This document shows, one piece after another, positions 16,328-18,505 of a stretch of DNA of 18,505 bases (positions are counted from its first letter, which is position 1; the number at the start of each line of letters is the position of its first letter). The translations under genes and the position numbers were made by a program. The stretch lies in the UHGV virus genome UHGV-0309262; one strand, 5' to 3'. This DNA comes from a virus. Below the pieces are notes generated by a model. It saw only the letters and a program-made list of their open reading frames with translations. It was not told where the DNA came from and ran no database searches.

Positions 16328-18345
16328 TTATTTTCAATTAAAGCTTGGCGCAATAAGTCAATATATGCCTTGCCAAGTTGCACATATTTGAATCGCAAGT
16401 TATCTTCCACGAAATCAAAAACCTCTCTTACAGCTCTGTCCACATTTACAGGCCTAGTGGAGTTTTTTTCTTTTTTCTTATTTATGGAGAGAGAGATTAT
16501 CTCCGGCAGAGATTTACCCCTCATCCAATTCAAAGCCATTGAAGTTAGATAGTTAGAAAATTTAGATGTATTATGGTTAAGGATGTATTTATTTATTCTG
16601 CTAAAAACACCAACGTAATTTTTGTAAACATCACCTGAAGGATGGCGAGGTATAAGTTCGTCAACTTTACCTTCCTTTATTTTCTGGATAAATCTATTGT
16701 ACAATCGTTCCTGTCCAAATGGATCAACTGTCCAGTTCAGAGTTAAAACCTCATGAGGTATTTTAAGTGATTCTAATGAGATATAAGTGGCATTTTCAAT
16801 AGTTTCAAGTTTTGATTTGTCAGATATAGTTCGAAATAATCTTTTAAGAAAATTATGCAAATCTCCTTTTGCGGCTCTGGAGATTAAAAGGCCTGCCGCT
16901 GCATCAATATTACTATATGGCGTCACTCCTGAATGATTATTTTTGTCTAATCGTGATATTACTGTGTCAAAATCTTCATTAATTACTTTCTTAAAAGATG
17001 AAGTAATTTTGAAGTCTATTTTGGAATCTAAAGGCTTGGTTACCCAATCATCATAGTCAATAAGATAAACATTTCCCGAAAATGCATAACCTAATCTACC
17101 TGCCCGCCCTGCGAAATTCCATAGCGATGCTGGATCTAATTTTTCTCCCCTGTTTCCTCGTGTAGGTGTATCAATAAAAACATTCTTTGCAGGCAGATTA
17201 ACCCCTTGAAAAAGGGTTGTTGTGCAAACTAAAAACTTCAGTTTATTATTCGTGAAATTTTTTTCTAATGTTTCTCTTAATAAGCTTGGCATTTTACCAT
17301 AATGGTATCCAACCCCTCTCAATACGAGGTTTGCAAGAGAGTAATCCTTGTGGACATGTTTTTTTATAAATTTTGAGAGCTCTTGTAATTCACTGTCATC
17401 CTCTAAAAGAGGTAATCCAGAAGATATTTGCTTAGCTACATCTTCTGCATTGGCAGCTCCGGTTCCGTAAACTAAAGACCCCTCATTTTTTCCTAATTCT
17501 AATGCGACAGCCGCCAATCTTGTATTTTCATTGGCGAAACCCCTTGTCGATTCTATTTCTCCGATCGGTAATATGTTTGAATTGTCTAATAATGATAATT
17601 GTAAGTTGTTTTCTTTTGATGGATCAACTTTGACGATAATTTTGTTTTGAACTACAGGAGATAGATTTGTTTTTTCAATATGGATTGCATCGATTCCAAT
17701 AATATCTGCTAAATCATCAAAACCTTCAGCACCAGGCGCGAGGAAAACATATTTTGCATTAGGGTTTTGTGTGCTAATTTTATCAAGGCAGTCCTGTAAT
17801 ATCATCCCCCTAATTTCGTCAGAAATTGATTGTGCTTCGTCAATAACTACCAAGTCTATTTTTTCTTCAAAATTATCAAGCAATACTTGAAGTCTTTCCT
17901 GTGTTAAAACAAATATCTGCTTATTATATTCGTTATTAATTGTTGGTATGGATGTTACTCTGACTTCATTTTGATATGGTAAAGTCTTGATTATAAATTT
18001 TTGTGTTATTTCATTTACTAAAGCACGGGTTGGTGCTATATAAATGGCGGAATTTAATTCGCCGCTAATTATTCTGTTGGCGAGCATTTCCACAACTAAG
18101 AACGATTTTCCGGCTGATGTTGGAGCTGATATAGCTTGAGGGACATTCGAGTGCAATGACTCCCATACTCTTTTCTGAAAGTTTGTTAATGTTATTTCTT
18201 TGTTGGAGATCTTTATTTTATTTTCATTTTCTATGAAAGATCTTTTTAAGAAGGCATAAAAACTTTCTGGTATAAATCCATTTTCTTGTTGAAGATAAGT
18301 TGCTCCAGGGAAGTTGCCCAAAACTCTTAAAAGATTTTCTGACAT
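16276..18345 (-). CDS. Ski2/Hel308-like superfamily 2 DExx-box helicase (~689 aa) in very AT-rich DNA; candidate anti-phage defence gene
   Basis: Motif I APTSAGKS, motif II VVIDEAQ, motif VI FAGRAGRLG, and a Ski2/Hel308-like block GVGYHYGKMPSLLRETLEKNF...LKFLVCTTTLFQGVNLPAKNV. Start taken as ATG 18345 (MSENLL...). The ORF track's TTG start at 18381 lies inside the IS1 inverted repeat and is rejected. Confidence 0.7.
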   Translation of the reverse strand: MSENLLRVLGNFPGATYLQQENGFIPESFYAFLKRSFIENENKIKISNKEITLTNFQKRVWESLHSNVPQAISAPTSAGKSFLVVEMLANRIISGELNSAIYIAPTRALVNEITQKFIIKTLPYQNEVRVTSIPTINNEYNKQIFVLTQERLQVLLDNFEEKIDLVVIDEAQSISDEIRGMILQDCLDKISTQNPNAKYVFLAPGAEGFDDLADIIGIDAIHIEKTNLSPVVQNKIIVKVDPSKENNLQLSLLDNSNILPIGEIESTRGFANENTRLAAVALELGKNEGSLVYGTGAANAEDVAKQISSGLPLLEDDSELQELSKFIKKHVHKDYSLANLVLRGVGYHYGKMPSLLRETLEKNFTNNKLKFLVCTTTLFQGVNLPAKNVFIDTPTRGNRGEKLDPASLWNFAGRAGRLGYAFSGNVYLIDYDDWVTKPLDSKIDFKITSSFKKVINEDFDTVISRLDKNNHSGVTPYSNIDAAAGLLISRAAKGDLHNFLKRLFRTISDKSKLETIENATYISLESLKIPHEVLTLNWTVDPFGQERLYNRFIQKIKEGKVDELIPRHPSGDVYKNYVGVFSRINKYILNHNTSKFSNYLTSMALNWMRGKSLPEIISLSINKKKEKNSTRPVNVDRAVREVFDFVEDNLRFKYVQLGKAYIDLLRQALIENNQEKNLKKSMIFHYHLN

Positions 18346-18367
18346 TTGTTTCAAATAATCATCACCG

Positions 18368-18505
18368 GGTGATGCTGCCAACTTACTGATTTAGTGTATG
18401 ATGGTGTTTTTGAGGTGCTCCAGTGGCTTCTGTTTCTATCAGCTGTCCCTCCTGTTCAGCTACTGACGGGGTGGTGCGTAACGGCAAAAGCACCGCCGGA
18501 CATCA
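18368..18505 (+). mobile_element. IS1 insertion sequence, left end (IRL plus 5' region), truncated by the window edge
   Basis: GGTGATGCTGCCAACTTACTGATTTAGTGTATGATGGTGTTTTTGAGGTGCTCCAGTGGCTTCTGTTTCTATCAGCTGTCCC... matches the IS1 left terminus and insA leader as recalled from memory. Composition jumps abruptly from ~30% GC to ~50% GC at 18367/18368. Confidence 0.8.
18423..18505 (+). CDS. insA: IS1 InsA, N-terminal fragment (continues beyond the window)
   Basis: GTG start followed by a translation [27 protein letters not shown], the zinc-finger-containing N-terminus of InsA. Confidence 0.7.
   Translation, partial: MASVSISCPSCSATDGVVRNGKSTAGH

Noticed and set aside
16276-18381. The ORF track's 701 aa version of the helicase starting at TTG 18381
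   Set aside because: That start codon and the first ~5 codons lie inside the IS1 inverted repeat, so the extension is an artefact of the insertion. The first ATG at 18345 is used instead, with the caveat that the native 5' end may have been lost.
18367-18505. The terminal ~140 bp looked at first like cloning-vector backbone (pACYC184-type), which would mean a synthetic construct
   Set aside because: The matching vector segment is itself the IS1 end left over from Tn9 in that plasmid. The sequence starts exactly at the IS1 left inverted repeat (GGTGATGCTGCCAACTTACTGAT) and continues into the insA start, so a natural IS1 insertion is the simpler reading. Sequence beyond the window would settle it.
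1-18505. CRISPR array, rRNA genes, or tRNA genes other than leuX
   Set aside because: No array of regularly spaced identical repeats and no rRNA-like sequence was seen. The only other tRNA-like stretch is the 31-bp att repeat at 14568..14598.

Overview
This window reads as an Escherichia-type leuX tRNA integration hotspot carrying two tandem mobile elements and an IS1 insertion. (1) tRNA-Leu(CAA) (leuX) at 56..140. (2) A ~14.4 kb integrative element directly after it, bounded by a 31-bp direct repeat of the tRNA 3' end (110..140 and 14568..14598). It carries a serine recombinase, a long non-coding stretch with a pyrimidine-rich tract and iteron-like repeats, a RecQ-like helicase with an unknown N-terminal domain, a tightly coupled 12-gene plus-strand operon of mostly unknown proteins (including an HNH/AP2 endonuclease and an endonuclease VII-like protein), a type II restriction-modification module (C5-cytosine methyltransferase plus putative endonuclease) and its own tyrosine integrase. 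(3) The older leuX-associated P4-like integrase (intB-type) just beyond the second repeat copy, followed by very AT-rich cargo encoding a ~690 aa Ski2/Hel308-like SF2 helicase, a candidate anti-phage gene. (4) The left end of IS1 (IRL plus the start of insA) inserted about 22 bp upstream of the helicase start codon and running off the window. The most interesting candidates for an undescribed system are the AT-rich helicase locus, which may be incomplete or disrupted, and the uncharacterised operon and replication module of the 14.4 kb element. All calls rest on reading motifs and composition by eye; no database search was run.
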